Shown here piece after piece: positions 9,311-19,417 of a stretch of DNA of 64,000 nucleotides. The stretch comes from a bacterium. GTDB lineage: Bacteria > Bacillota_I > Bacilli_A > RFN20 > CAG-826. Both the position numbers and the translations under genes were made by a program. The notes beneath the pieces are model-generated. The model saw nothing but the letters and a program-made list of their open reading frames with translations, had not been told where the DNA came from and did no database searches. How positions within the stretch are numbered: the stretch's first letter is position 1; each line of letters opens with the position of its first letter. The stretch is taken from positions 23,917-87,916 of the forward strand of contig CAVEPD010000002.1 of assembly GCA_963617535.1 (NCBI GenBank), given 5' to 3'.

Positions 9311-11572
9311 ATGAACAAAACCAAAACGAATCTTCTAGCCGCCTTCTCTATTTGCCTGGCCCTTTTGTCTTCCTGCGGAAATCAAGATCAGACCCCGGAA
9401 GGCTGGGCTTACACGAAGGAGGACATGTCTAAGTTCATATCCCTAGACGCGGTGCTCGTGAACAAGGGGAACAACGTTTTGACCTTTAGCAACGACACGA
9501 ACGTGGCTTTGTTCTCGAATGATTTAAACGAAGACAACGTGATTGTCTATGACATCGACAAAGCCTCGAAAATCTTGGAAGAAAAGAACAAGGAATACGC
9601 GGATTATTCCGTTTTGAAAGAAGCCTCCCTGCCGATTTCCCTCATCGAGACTCTTCCGGATAAAGACGGCTTCAACGTGACTTTCTCTTCTAGCGACTCC
9701 TTGAACTACGGGATGCTGATTAGCTCCTCGGTCACTTGCTCGAAAGAATACATCATGGTAAGCAAAGCCGAGGGCGAGGCCAACTTAGTCTCCGATCCTC
9801 AGTCGATTTTCGAAGAGAATTATCTAAAACAAGGTAGCGGCTGGGACGAAGGAGGGAAGTTCATCTTTCAGATTGTCAGCAACATCGGGACGATCATCGT
9901 CGGAACTGCCGCGGATAACCCTGTTGCGATTCTTTCCGGAACGCTCGGCATCTTGGGCACTCTAGGCGATAATTTCCTTAGCGGCGGGCCCACTATCCAA
10001 AGCGTCATGAACCAGCTTAAAGAGACGGACCGCAAAATCGATGAGCTGAGTGCGAAGCTAGAAAAGAACACTCAGCAACTCGCCAGCGAAATCATCCGCA
10101 CCGAGGCACTTGTCGACCAGACGAACCTCAATACCTTGAACCTTGCGATCAATGACTTCGCGACCAACTGCATTTCGCCCATCAATGTATTTAACCGCAA
10201 CTTGGGTGATGAAGTTGGTTCCTATTACCGGGATTTCGTGCAAACCTCCGAGACGGTGAACCTTGCATTAGAGAAAACTTCCGCAGGAGAATGGACTTCG
10301 ACCTCTTTGACGGATATAAGCGATGACTCCGCGTACAACTTTTCTCTCACCATCGGCGATTTCCCTAACGCGAAAGCCCATTTGGCCAGCCATAACAACA
10401 TCGTTGAAGAAGGCTTCATGGGTGAGCTCGATAAGGATATCGACGCCTCGATCGCGGCTAAAACTGACCTCCCAGAGGGCATCGACAAAGAGAATCTTCG
10501 CGGCTTCGTCAGCGCGATGATCTACGAGCAATTTATGAAGCAATATTTCTCCACTCATCGAGAGAAAGCCCAGGAATATCAGAACCTGGTGATTGAATTC
10601 GCGGAAAGGATCCTTGGTTTCTCCGGGAAGGTCTCTATCCTAGGGACCTATCTTTCTCGCCTTGAATGCATGTACAACTTCGGAAGCGAGATCAAGCCTC
10701 TCGTCCGCGCTTTAGCGGTCAACCTGCTCAAGATTTTGGACATGAACACTGCTCGCGCCGCCGAGGCTCGCCTTTTCGCCGGAGACTCCTACGCCATGCT
10801 GCAAAACTACTATATCTCCGCTCGTGAAGCGATTCAGAACTTCTACAAAAACGTCGCGGATATGTCTGATTCCTATTCGTTCACGACCTCCGCTTCATTA
10901 AGTGGCGGTTTTTATCATGCTAAATACAGCACCTCCTATTATAACCTTGGCAATCACTGCAGCTTGGGCGTCACTTTCAGCGCCGAGAAGGTCGAGAAGA
11001 ACGATGGAAGCATATTTACGAGCGCTGAAGATATGTCGAAACACACCGGCATCAGTCCAAACGATCATTCCCGAATCGTCACGAGGTGGAACTTGCTTCG
11101 CTCTTCAGGCGCTTCCGATAGCAGCAACGATTATATTCATTACCTTGCGAATTCAAACGTCATCTCCTCTTCCTATTTGGATGCCGCGGAGACCCTCATA
11201 TCGCTTAAAAGTGCGGATTCCTCTTGCTACCGCATCTTGACGAATGATCGGACCGAAAGAGACCTTCACAATACGGATGCCTCCACTTCTTTAGTCTGCG
11301 TCGCTAGAGGCAATCCCAAAGGAGACTATTTCGAGCTAGGAAAGACCTACAACTACAGCAAAACCCATACCGATTCCTATTGGGCGGGCAAAACGTACGA
11401 GGGAGCTTTCATCGCCGCCTCTAGCGGTTCCTCGCTGGGGACCCAAAAGATTGCCTCCTGGGCTCGTTACGCCGAAAACCACTGGTATTGGACGAATGAC
11501 GAGTATTGGTCGTTCACTAGCCGCGACTCGGAAGGCTACTTCTTCTTGATTGACCTGGCCAGCACAAAATAA
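9311..11572 (+). CDS. Large lipoprotein of unknown function (helical N-terminal half with an internal hydrophobic hairpin, beta-rich Tyr/Trp-rich C-terminal half)
   Basis: Signal peptide with lipobox LLSSC-G (MNKTKTNLLAAFSICLALLSSCGN). Coiled-coil-like stretch QLKETDRKIDELSAKLEKNTQQLASEII. Buried hydrophobic segment GTIIVGTAADNPVAILSGTLGILGTLG. No enzymatic motif recognised. Confidence 0.6.
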   Translation: MNKTKTNLLAAFSICLALLSSCGNQDQTPEGWAYTKEDMSKFISLDAVLVNKGNNVLTFSNDTNVALFSNDLNEDNVIVYDIDKASKILEEKNKEYADYSVLKEASLPISLIETLPDKDGFNVTFSSSDSLNYGMLISSSVTCSKEYIMVSKAEGEANLVSDPQSIFEENYLKQGSGWDEGGKFIFQIVSNIGTIIVGTAADNPVAILSGTLGILGTLGDNFLSGGPTIQSVMNQLKETDRKIDELSAKLEKNTQQLASEIIRTEALVDQTNLNTLNLAINDFATNCISPINVFNRNLGDEVGSYYRDFVQTSETVNLALEKTSAGEWTSTSLTDISDDSAYNFSLTIGDFPNAKAHLASHNNIVEEGFMGELDKDIDASIAAKTDLPEGIDKENLRGFVSAMIYEQFMKQYFSTHREKAQEYQNLVIEFAERILGFSGKVSILGTYLSRLECMYNFGSEIKPLVRALAVNLLKILDMNTARAAEARLFAGDSYAMLQNYYISAREAIQNFYKNVADMSDSYSFTTSASLSGGFYHAKYSTSYYNLGNHCSLGVTFSAEKVEKNDGSIFTSAEDMSKHTGISPNDHSRIVTRWNLLRSSGASDSSNDYIHYLANSNVISSSYLDAAETLISLKSADSSCYRILTNDRTERDLHNTDASTSLVCVARGNPKGDYFELGKTYNYSKTHTDSYWAGKTYEGAFIAASSGSSLGTQKIASWARYAENHWYWTNDEYWSFTSRDSEGYFFLIDLASTK

Positions 11573-11707
11573 GCTTATCACCTCCTATCGCCTCTTTTCC
11601 TCAGCTCCTATTTCCTGCAGCCATGTTCGCATATGAGACAAAAAGGGAACGAAATAGCACAATTTCTTTTCTCTATCGTTTTCCGTTTCGCTCATAATAA
11701 TCGCAAA

Positions 11708-11721
11708 TAGGGGCTTAAGCC
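11708..11721. promoter_or_regulatory. Perfect 14-bp palindrome GGGGCTTAAGCCCC, ~25 bp upstream of fucI (possible operator or small hairpin)
   Basis: Seen directly in sequence between the lipoprotein gene and fucI. No U-tract follows, so it is unlikely to be a terminator. Confidence 0.25.
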
Positions 11722-11744
11722 CCATTGAAAGGAAAAGTTAAGAC

Positions 11745-13553
11745 ATGGAATCTAAATCTCGTCTTATCGGTGGATACCCCGTTATCGGCATCCGCCCGAC
11801 CATCGATGGCAGAAGAGGACCTCTCAAAGTCAGAGAGTCTTTGGAAGACCAAACGATGGGCATGGCTCTTGCGGCCAAAAAATTGCTTGAGGAAAACATC
11901 CGTTATAGCGACGGAACGCCCGTTAAGGTCGTCATCGCTCCTTCGACCATTGGCCGCGTCCCTGAAAGCGCCGCCTGCGCCGAATATTTCAAAAAGGAAG
12001 GCGTCGACATCACTTTGACCGTCACTCCTTGCTGGTGCTATGGCGCGGAAACCATGGACATGGATCCGATGACCATCAAAGCCGTTTGGGGCTTCAATGG
12101 CACTGAGCGTCCAGGCGCGGTTTATCTTGCCTCCGTCCTCGCCACCCACGCCCAAAAAGGCCTTCCTGCTTTCGGAATCTATGGCCACGAGGTTCAGGAC
12201 AAAGACGATAACAGCATCCCTGACGATGTCAAAACCAAGATCCTCCGTTTCGCCCGCGCCGCGGTCGCGGCTGCCACTCTCCGTGGCAAGAGCTACCTCC
12301 AGATCGGCTCTGCCACCATGGGCATCGGCGGTTCTCTCATAAACTATGACTTCATGGAAGAATACCTCGGTCTCCGCGTTGAAAGCGTCGACGAGGTTGA
12401 AATCATCCGTCGCATGACCTTGGGCATCTATGACCACAAGGAATACGAGCGTGCCCTTGCTTGGGTGAAAAAGAACTGCCACCCTGGCATCGACAAGAAC
12501 CCCAAGGAACTTCAGCGCAGCGCCGAACAAAAAGAAAAAGACTGGGAATTCACGGTCAAGATGTGCTGCATCATCAAAGACCTCTATAACGGGAACAAGA
12601 ACCTCCCCGAAGGCTGTGAAGAAGAAGCTCTTGGCCACAACGCGATCGTCGGTGGCTTCCAAGGCCAGCGTCAATGGACCGACTTCTATCCTAACTGCGA
12701 CTTCCCTGAAGCGATTCTTAACAGCACCTTCGACTGGGTCGGCGCGAGAGAACCCTATACCCTCGCTACCGAGAACGACACTCTTAACGGCATCGGTATG
12801 CTCTTCGAGCGTCTCCTCAATGGCCGCGCTTCTATTTTCGCCGATGTCCGCACCTATTGGTCGGGCTCTAGCGTCAAGCGCGTCACTGGCTACGACATCG
12901 AAGGCCACGCCAAAGAAGCGGATGGCTTCCTCCATCTCATCAATAGCGGCGCGCAGTGCATCGATGCCTGCGGCGAAGTCACTGACAAGAACGGCAACCA
13001 CGTCATGAAGCCCTGGTGGGAGATGACGGATGAAGATATCAAGAAGTGCATGGACGCCACCACTTGGCCCTATGCTGACCTTGGCTACTTCCGTGGCGGC
13101 GGATACAGCTCCCGCTACCTCACCCGTGCTGAAATGCCGATGACCATGATTCGTCTCGACATCGTGAAGGGCCTTGGACCTGTCCTCCAAATCGTTGAAG
13201 GCTATAGCGTCCATCTTCCTGACGAAGTCAGCGACACCCTTTGGAAGAGAACTGACTACACCTGGCCCTGCACCTGGTTTGCTCCTCGCTGCAACGGCAA
13301 AGGCTACTTCACCAGCGCTTACGAAGTCATGAACCATTGGGGTGCCAACCACGGCGCCATCACCTATGGCCACATCGGTGCGGATCTCCTCACCCTTGCT
13401 TCCATCCTCCGCATCCCTGTCGCGATGCATAACGTCGACGACAAAGACGTCTATCGTCCGGCTTCTTGGGGATTATTCGGAAGCGATCTCGAAGGCCAGG
13501 ACTATCGCGCTTGCGAAGCTTATGGCCCGATGTACAAAAACATCCGCAAATAA
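11745..13553 (+). CDS. fucI: L-fucose isomerase
   Basis: Alignable along its length to E. coli FucI from memory: [66 protein letters not shown]; about 600 aa. Confidence 0.9.
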   Translation: MESKSRLIGGYPVIGIRPTIDGRRGPLKVRESLEDQTMGMALAAKKLLEENIRYSDGTPVKVVIAPSTIGRVPESAACAEYFKKEGVDITLTVTPCWCYGAETMDMDPMTIKAVWGFNGTERPGAVYLASVLATHAQKGLPAFGIYGHEVQDKDDNSIPDDVKTKILRFARAAVAAATLRGKSYLQIGSATMGIGGSLINYDFMEEYLGLRVESVDEVEIIRRMTLGIYDHKEYERALAWVKKNCHPGIDKNPKELQRSAEQKEKDWEFTVKMCCIIKDLYNGNKNLPEGCEEEALGHNAIVGGFQGQRQWTDFYPNCDFPEAILNSTFDWVGAREPYTLATENDTLNGIGMLFERLLNGRASIFADVRTYWSGSSVKRVTGYDIEGHAKEADGFLHLINSGAQCIDACGEVTDKNGNHVMKPWWEMTDEDIKKCMDATTWPYADLGYFRGGGYSSRYLTRAEMPMTMIRLDIVKGLGPVLQIVEGYSVHLPDEVSDTLWKRTDYTWPCTWFAPRCNGKGYFTSAYEVMNHWGANHGAITYGHIGADLLTLASILRIPVAMHNVDDKDVYRPASWGLFGSDLEGQDYRACEAYGPMYKNIRK

Positions 13554-13603
13554 GCTAAACATTAATATCGCTTTCTGATATAAGCAATTGATTAGGCTTC
13601 TCC

Positions 13604-13636
13604 TTGTTGGAGGAGCCTTTTCGTTTGCTAACGCAT
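13604..13636 (+). terminator. Rho-independent terminator after fucI
   Basis: GGCTTCTCC-ttgtt-GGAGGAGCC followed by TTTTCGTTT. Confidence 0.5.
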
Positions 13637-13693
13637 AAAAATGTTACTTGCCGACATCTACATGAAAGCCCTTTCTTTTAAACTAAGATCGAT

Positions 13694-16612
13694 ATGAAAA
13701 AGATTTTTCTTTTTACTGCCCTTGGCTGTGCAGCCATTATGGCCGGTATGATCGCTGCAAGCGCGAAAGGCGTATCGACCTTCGCTAATACTGTCACTTC
13801 CGGCGCGAACTGGGTCCATTACAAGCAAAAGGAAGCCACTTCAACAGAAAATGGCATTCGCGAATATTGGGTCGCCTGCGGCTTGAATCATTATCAGTTC
13901 ACCGCCCCGGATTCTAAAAACATTCGTGAAGCTACCTCTTATGACACCTCCGGCTTCACGGAGAATGACCCTCGTTGGATTAAATGGGTAAATGAAGATT
14001 CTTTGGCGTTCTACGATTCTTCCGCGAGCTATGTAGATTGCTCTGAAATCAGCCAAATAGATGGGAATTGCAAGGTTTTTGGGGATTTCAGCTTCGAAAT
14101 TGGGCGCAAAAGTCGCGTAAACATTTCAAAGGATGATAGCTCACCCGCTTATTCAGTCATGGCTTTGGCTGCCAGCAAAGTTATTGACAGCAATGAGGAT
14201 TTAGAAAATTTCACGAAGTCGATTGAGATGAAAAACGACGACGGCTATTACGTCATCACCGCGGATTTGAATTCCCCAACCGCTTCAATTAATAGTCTTG
14301 ATTCAGATTGCTATTTCTCTGGAACGATCGATGGAAGAAACCATACGATTACGAATCCGATTGCTTGGGGATATCGCCTTTTGGGGCAAGTTAAAGGCGC
14401 GACTATCAAGAACCTTAATTACAAAGACGTTGCTGTTTTCTCTATTCTTGCCTCTTCACTGGAGGACACGGCGATTGAGAACTGCACCTTTAAGGCGGCT
14501 TCAACGCTCAACCCCGCTTCTGGCGTGGGCTTCCTTTGCGATGCCATGTATAGCGGCGTTTCCTTAAAAGATGTGACGATTGATTTCGGCGGAGCTTCTT
14601 CCAAAATCAGTTGGAACAACTCTTTGGTTCCAGCGATCGCCAAGGAGAATGCCTCGACTTTGGACAATCCGGTCACCTACGAGAATGTTGTTTTCCATGG
14701 ATTGAATTCGACCGACATGTATTTAAAGGATACCCAGGGACGCGCGCTTCGACCCGAAGGCATCACTTACGAAAGCTCCTATTTGTTCTTGGAAAACAAC
14801 GCATCCGCCTATTCCTTAGCTTATCTTTCTTCAAGCGCTGAGGCCAAAACTGCGGCTACTTATGTCCAAGGGAAACTTGCTACCTCAACGGGAGTTACCT
14901 TGCCTTTGACTACTTTCGAAGAAGCGAACGCAGATGAAGATCATAAAGGGGCGAATATCTATTTTGGAGATTCAACCTTGGCTACTTCCTATGGGACGAG
15001 TGTTCCCACCGCGAAAGGGTCCTTTACATTATTCACGGGCGGCAAGGGTATCTTCCTCTTCTCAAATGACACGATGGGATATCAGGCAGGCGCCTTGAAA
15101 CTCCTTGAGGAACTTGTTGGCTATTGCTACGTCGGCGATCAAACCGAATCGTTCACTTATACGAAGGGAGCATCGATTGATTTGCCTTATTTAAGGCTAA
15201 GCTACACCCCTTCTTTTGGGCTTCGCAAATGCGACTGGAGCGATGGCAATGATGGGGATATGTATTCCTGGGGCTATAACCAAGGCTATGGGGATTACAA
15301 CTATTACATTCCTGCTCCCGCTGTTGGAACGCTGAGCGGCGAGTATTTCCACACCTCCATTCGTGCGCTTTATCCTGGAACTTATTACACGGATCACCCC
15401 TCTTGGTTCGCGGAGAATGAATCGGGTGAGAATTATGGGGAAGATTATTTGCAATGGCAGCTTTGCTACACCGCGCACGGAAATAACGACGAATATCAGG
15501 CGATGTTGAACCAAGCCACGACTTATGTGATGTGGCTTTATAACACACGTACGAACACGAATTTGAAGACCTTCTTATTTGGAATCGCGGATAACGGCAA
15601 TATTTGCCACTGCTCTTCTTGCAATGCAGCTGTCACGCTATATGGTTCGATCGCCGGCACGGTTCTGAATTTCGTGAATGACCTTCGCGATTTGGTGATA
15701 CCTCAATTGGATGAGGCGGAACAAAAAGAAGCGAGTATCGGTTTCTTTGCTTACGATGGATATGAAGAAGCCCCTATCGTAAATGGCACCCCAACGCTTC
15801 AAATGAAGGAAAATGTTTTCTGCTTGGTTGCGCCTGTCAACGCCAATTACACCTATCCCTTAACAGATTCCTGCAACGCTTCGTCGAAAGCCATGTTTGA
15901 CGATTGGACAAGAATCGGAGATGTCTCTGCCTGGCTTTACGACACGAACTTTATGTACTACCTCTTCCCACTAAATTCTTTTGAAGCCAACCACGCCAAC
16001 CTCGTTTATCTCCAATCCAAAGGGGTAAAGATGGTTTATTTGCAAGGCCAGCACAACGCTGCGCAACCTCGGACCGCTTTTGGTGCCTTCAAGAAGTTCT
16101 TGGCGGGCCGAACGATGATGGATGTTAGCCAAAGTTATGCGTCTTTGAAGGAAGAGTTCTTCTCTTCTTACTACGGGGAAGCGGGAGATCTCATGGAACA
16201 ATTCTTTGACGAAATGGTCTCACGATGCGTTTCCATTGAAACCAATTCAAAGTTCCATAGCTCCCTTTATGCTCAAGACACCTCTTACGGTAAAACCATC
16301 TTCGAGCAAATCGCGGATGGAAATTTCTGGGATTTTGATGAGACAAAGAGCTGGGCGGATCTTTGCGATAAGGCTTGTGCGAAAGCTACCTCTTCCTCAG
16401 CGAAGCGTCATATCAAAATTGAGTCGATTTTCCCTCGAATGGCATTATGTGAATTATGGAAGGCCATCAAGTGGGAAATTTTCGATGGGAGCAGCAAGCT
16501 TAAGGCCTTCCGCCAATCTTTCAAAACTGATTGCGAAGAACTTGGAATCACGACTTATAGAGAATCCGGAGTGCAACTCAGCGATTTCTACGAACAATGG
16601 GGCATTGCCTAA
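13694..16612 (+). CDS. Large secreted protein of unknown function, possibly carbohydrate-active (adjacent to fucI)
   Basis: N-terminal signal peptide MKKIFLFTALGCAAIMAGMIAASAKG; 972 aa; Trp/Tyr-rich; CHCSSCN Cys cluster. Family not recognisable by eye. Confidence 0.55.
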   Translation: MKKIFLFTALGCAAIMAGMIAASAKGVSTFANTVTSGANWVHYKQKEATSTENGIREYWVACGLNHYQFTAPDSKNIREATSYDTSGFTENDPRWIKWVNEDSLAFYDSSASYVDCSEISQIDGNCKVFGDFSFEIGRKSRVNISKDDSSPAYSVMALAASKVIDSNEDLENFTKSIEMKNDDGYYVITADLNSPTASINSLDSDCYFSGTIDGRNHTITNPIAWGYRLLGQVKGATIKNLNYKDVAVFSILASSLEDTAIENCTFKAASTLNPASGVGFLCDAMYSGVSLKDVTIDFGGASSKISWNNSLVPAIAKENASTLDNPVTYENVVFHGLNSTDMYLKDTQGRALRPEGITYESSYLFLENNASAYSLAYLSSSAEAKTAATYVQGKLATSTGVTLPLTTFEEANADEDHKGANIYFGDSTLATSYGTSVPTAKGSFTLFTGGKGIFLFSNDTMGYQAGALKLLEELVGYCYVGDQTESFTYTKGASIDLPYLRLSYTPSFGLRKCDWSDGNDGDMYSWGYNQGYGDYNYYIPAPAVGTLSGEYFHTSIRALYPGTYYTDHPSWFAENESGENYGEDYLQWQLCYTAHGNNDEYQAMLNQATTYVMWLYNTRTNTNLKTFLFGIADNGNICHCSSCNAAVTLYGSIAGTVLNFVNDLRDLVIPQLDEAEQKEASIGFFAYDGYEEAPIVNGTPTLQMKENVFCLVAPVNANYTYPLTDSCNASSKAMFDDWTRIGDVSAWLYDTNFMYYLFPLNSFEANHANLVYLQSKGVKMVYLQGQHNAAQPRTAFGAFKKFLAGRTMMDVSQSYASLKEEFFSSYYGEAGDLMEQFFDEMVSRCVSIETNSKFHSSLYAQDTSYGKTIFEQIADGNFWDFDETKSWADLCDKACAKATSSSAKRHIKIESIFPRMALCELWKAIKWEIFDGSSKLKAFRQSFKTDCEELGITTYRESGVQLSDFYEQWGIA

Positions 16613-16647
16613 TCTTTTTGCCCTTTAATTAAGGTACAATACCCCTC

Positions 16648-18798
16648 ATGGAAATCGTTCAATATCTTTCGTCGACCTTAAACATCACCCCCGCTCAGGT
16701 CGAAGCGGTTCTCCGCCTCCTCGCGGAAGGCGGCACGGTCCCTTTCATCGCCCGCTACAAAAAGGAAGAAACAGGGAATCTAAGCGACGTCACTCTTCGC
16801 GCTTTCGAAGAAGAGAAAGCCAAATTCGAAAAACTTGAAGACCGCAAGGCCACGGTTTTGAAAAGCATTGAAGAGCAAGGAAAGCTCACCCCTGAATTAA
16901 AGGAAGAGATCCTTTCTTGCACCGTCCTTTCTACTCTTGAGGCCATTTACCGTCCTTACAAGCCAAAGAGAAAGACCAGAGGTTCCATCGCGAAGGAAAA
17001 AGGACTAACCCCCCTCGCCGAATATATCTTGAAGCAAGAAGGGAGCCTTTCTTCTTTGTCGGAGTACGCGAAGACCTTCATCAACGAAGAGAAAGGCGTG
17101 AAGAACGAAGAAGAAGCCATACAAGGGGCGAAAGACATCATCGCCGAGCAAATAAGCGACAACCCCTCCTATTATCTTTTCGCGAAGTCCTATATCTACA
17201 AAGCAGGCAAGATCACCTCGAAAGAAACGAAAGAGGACGAGGATCAGAAATATCTCACCTACAACAACTTCACCGTCCAGGTGAATCGGATCAAACCCCA
17301 TCAGATTTTGGCGCTTTCTCGCGGCAAGAAGGAAAAGAAGCTCACCTATTCCTTTGTGTACGATGAGGTTACCATCGAAAATCAAATCGCCCGCGAGCTT
17401 ATCAAAAGAGGTAGCCCCTTCAATGACGTTCTAAAGGAAACGATTGAGGATTCCTATAAACGCTTGATGGGCCCTTCTTTGGAAAACGAAGTCAATTCCG
17501 AACTCTTTGAGAAAGCGGAGGATGCCTCTCTTGTCCTTTTCTCGAAAAACCTTAAACAGCTCTTACTCGATTCCCCGTTGAAAGGAAAACAGATCCTTGG
17601 CTTTGATCCCGGCTATCGAAATGGCTGCAAATTGGCCCTCATTAACCAAAACGGGGCCGTTATCACCTCTTGCATCATCTACCCGACGGTTGGTAGAGAA
17701 GCTCAATCAGAAGCGAAGCTCATCGAACTTTATAACAAGTATGGATATGACGCGATTGCCTTAGGGAATGGCACGGCTAGCAGAGAAAGCGAGGCCTTCT
17801 TAAATAACTTCTTGGCGAAGAACAAGATGAGCAATGTCGCGATCACGATCGTCAATGAATCAGGAGCCTCCGTCTATAGCGCTTCTCCTTTGGCGGTGAA
17901 GGAATTCCCCAACATGGATATCGATGAGCGTTCTTCCGTTTCTTTGGCTAGACGCCTCCTTGATCCGATGGCGGAGCTCGTGAAGATTCCTCCCGAAGCT
18001 ATTGGGGTTGGCCAATATCAGCACGACATGGATCAAACCCGCTTAAAGCAAACCCTTGGCGATACGACGATCGATACGGTTAACCAGGTTGGCGTTTGGG
18101 TGAACACCGCTTCCATCTCGCTTCTCAAATACGTCTCCGGCCTCAATGAGAAAATTGCCACGTCGTTAGTCGCTTATCGCGATGAGAATGGACCCTTCAA
18201 GTACAGGAAAGACCTTTTGAAAGTCAAAGGGCTTGGCGAGAAGACATTCATGGATGCCGCCGGCTTCTTGCGCATTGAAAACGACAATCCGTTAGAACGC
18301 ACCGCGGTCCACCCGAAGGATTACGAAGCGACCGAGGCGTTGCTAGGGAAGCTCGGCTTGTCTTTGAAGGACGTTGGCACGCCGCGCGGGAACGAAGCTC
18401 TAGCCAGGGTCACTAATGTTGCTCCTTTAGCCAAAGAGCTCAATATTGGTGAATACACCCTTCATGACATTATCGAAGAGCTAAAGAAGCCCGGCCGCGA
18501 TCCGCGCGAGAAAATGGTTACCGCGAAGCTCGATAGCAAAGTAAAAGACATGAAAGACCTTGCTGTTGGAATGATTCTTAACGGCACGGTCAGAAACCTT
18601 TCCGACTTCGGCGCCTTCGTCGATATCGGCGTCCACCAGGATGGTTTGGTCCATATCTCGGAGATCGCAGACCATTTTGTTTCCCATCCAAGCGATGAAC
18701 TTCATATGGGCGAGATCGTCACGGTTAAAGTCATCGGAGTCGATTTGAACCGTAAGCGAATCTCTTTGTCGATAAAACAAGTCAAGAAAGCGGAATGA
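16648..18798 (+). CDS. tex: Transcription accessory protein Tex (YqgF/HhH/S1 domains)
   Basis: N-terminus AQVEAVLRLLAEGGTVPFIARYKKEETG is typical of Tex. C-terminal S1 domain GTVRNLSDFGAFVDIG...VHISE; 716 aa. Confidence 0.9.
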   Translation: MEIVQYLSSTLNITPAQVEAVLRLLAEGGTVPFIARYKKEETGNLSDVTLRAFEEEKAKFEKLEDRKATVLKSIEEQGKLTPELKEEILSCTVLSTLEAIYRPYKPKRKTRGSIAKEKGLTPLAEYILKQEGSLSSLSEYAKTFINEEKGVKNEEEAIQGAKDIIAEQISDNPSYYLFAKSYIYKAGKITSKETKEDEDQKYLTYNNFTVQVNRIKPHQILALSRGKKEKKLTYSFVYDEVTIENQIARELIKRGSPFNDVLKETIEDSYKRLMGPSLENEVNSELFEKAEDASLVLFSKNLKQLLLDSPLKGKQILGFDPGYRNGCKLALINQNGAVITSCIIYPTVGREAQSEAKLIELYNKYGYDAIALGNGTASRESEAFLNNFLAKNKMSNVAITIVNESGASVYSASPLAVKEFPNMDIDERSSVSLARRLLDPMAELVKIPPEAIGVGQYQHDMDQTRLKQTLGDTTIDTVNQVGVWVNTASISLLKYVSGLNEKIATSLVAYRDENGPFKYRKDLLKVKGLGEKTFMDAAGFLRIENDNPLERTAVHPKDYEATEALLGKLGLSLKDVGTPRGNEALARVTNVAPLAKELNIGEYTLHDIIEELKKPGRDPREKMVTAKLDSKVKDMKDLAVGMILNGTVRNLSDFGAFVDIGVHQDGLVHISEIADHFVSHPSDELHMGEIVTVKVIGVDLNRKRISLSIKQVKKAE

Positions 18799-18801
18799 AT
18801 T

Positions 18802-18824
18802 GACGGGTTCGCCCGTCTTTTCTT
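18802..18824. terminator. Bidirectional terminator between convergent tex and proX-like genes
   Basis: GACGGGTTCGCCCGTC palindrome followed by TTTTCTT. Confidence 0.5.
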
Positions 18825-19326
18825 ATTCCCCGATAAGTTTCACGGAGATATAAGGATGATGGATAAACGAGAGGTATTTCGTTAGGAAATCTTCTGTGGA
18901 GATAGTGAGGGTGACACTGTTGGTGCAAGGGTGGAACCCTAAGGTTTTCTCTTTGAGCAAATCTTCATCAATCAATAACTGAATCGCATTGTTTTGGTCA
19001 TAGAGGAGCCCAAGGGGATTCGTACATCCTTTGAAGCAATGGAGGTCTTCACTCAGCTCTTCTTCGTTTGCGAAAGAAAGCCTCGCCGAGTTGATTTGCT
19101 TGGATAGTTCCTTTGTTTTGAAACGCTTGTCGCCGGGCATCAGCAAAAGATAAAACTTCGTGTGCTGCTGGTTGCATAGAAAGAGATTTTTTGGGACCTT
19201 CGTTTCTAGCCTTTGTTCAATCTCGGTGTATTGATCCATGGTAAACATGGCCTCGTGTTCCATCTTTTTGAACGGAATAGAGAGGTTTTGCAGTGTTTTT
19301 TCGATTTCTTGTTCAAATTCGTTCAT
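18823..19326 (-). CDS. YbaK/ProX-family aminoacyl-tRNA deacylase
   Basis: Track ORF runs to 19521 but overlaps the upstream gene. The internal ATG at 19326 (MNEFEQEIEK...) lies just downstream of the aminopeptidase stop and gives ~167 aa. The body resembles ProX/YbaK (KNLFLCNQQHTKFYLLLMPGDKRF...LSFANEEEL...NPLGL...HP...NSVTLTIS). Confidence 0.7.
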   Translation of the reverse strand: MNEFEQEIEKTLQNLSIPFKKMEHEAMFTMDQYTEIEQRLETKVPKNLFLCNQQHTKFYLLLMPGDKRFKTKELSKQINSARLSFANEEELSEDLHCFKGCTNPLGLLYDQNNAIQLLIDEDLLKEKTLGFHPCTNSVTLTISTEDFLTKYLSFIHHPYISVKLIGE

Positions 19327-19417
19327 GCTTAAGATTATAAGACAAGCCTTTGCTTTGCTTGCGTGCATCATCCTACATAAAAAGCGCCTCCAACACGGAG
19401 ACGCTTGAGGGTTTGCC

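Noticed and set aside
11715-13430. 571-aa ORF on the minus strand
   Set aside because: Entirely antisense to fucI, which has unmistakable FucI motifs. Ala/Gly/Arg-rich composition typical of a shadow ORF.
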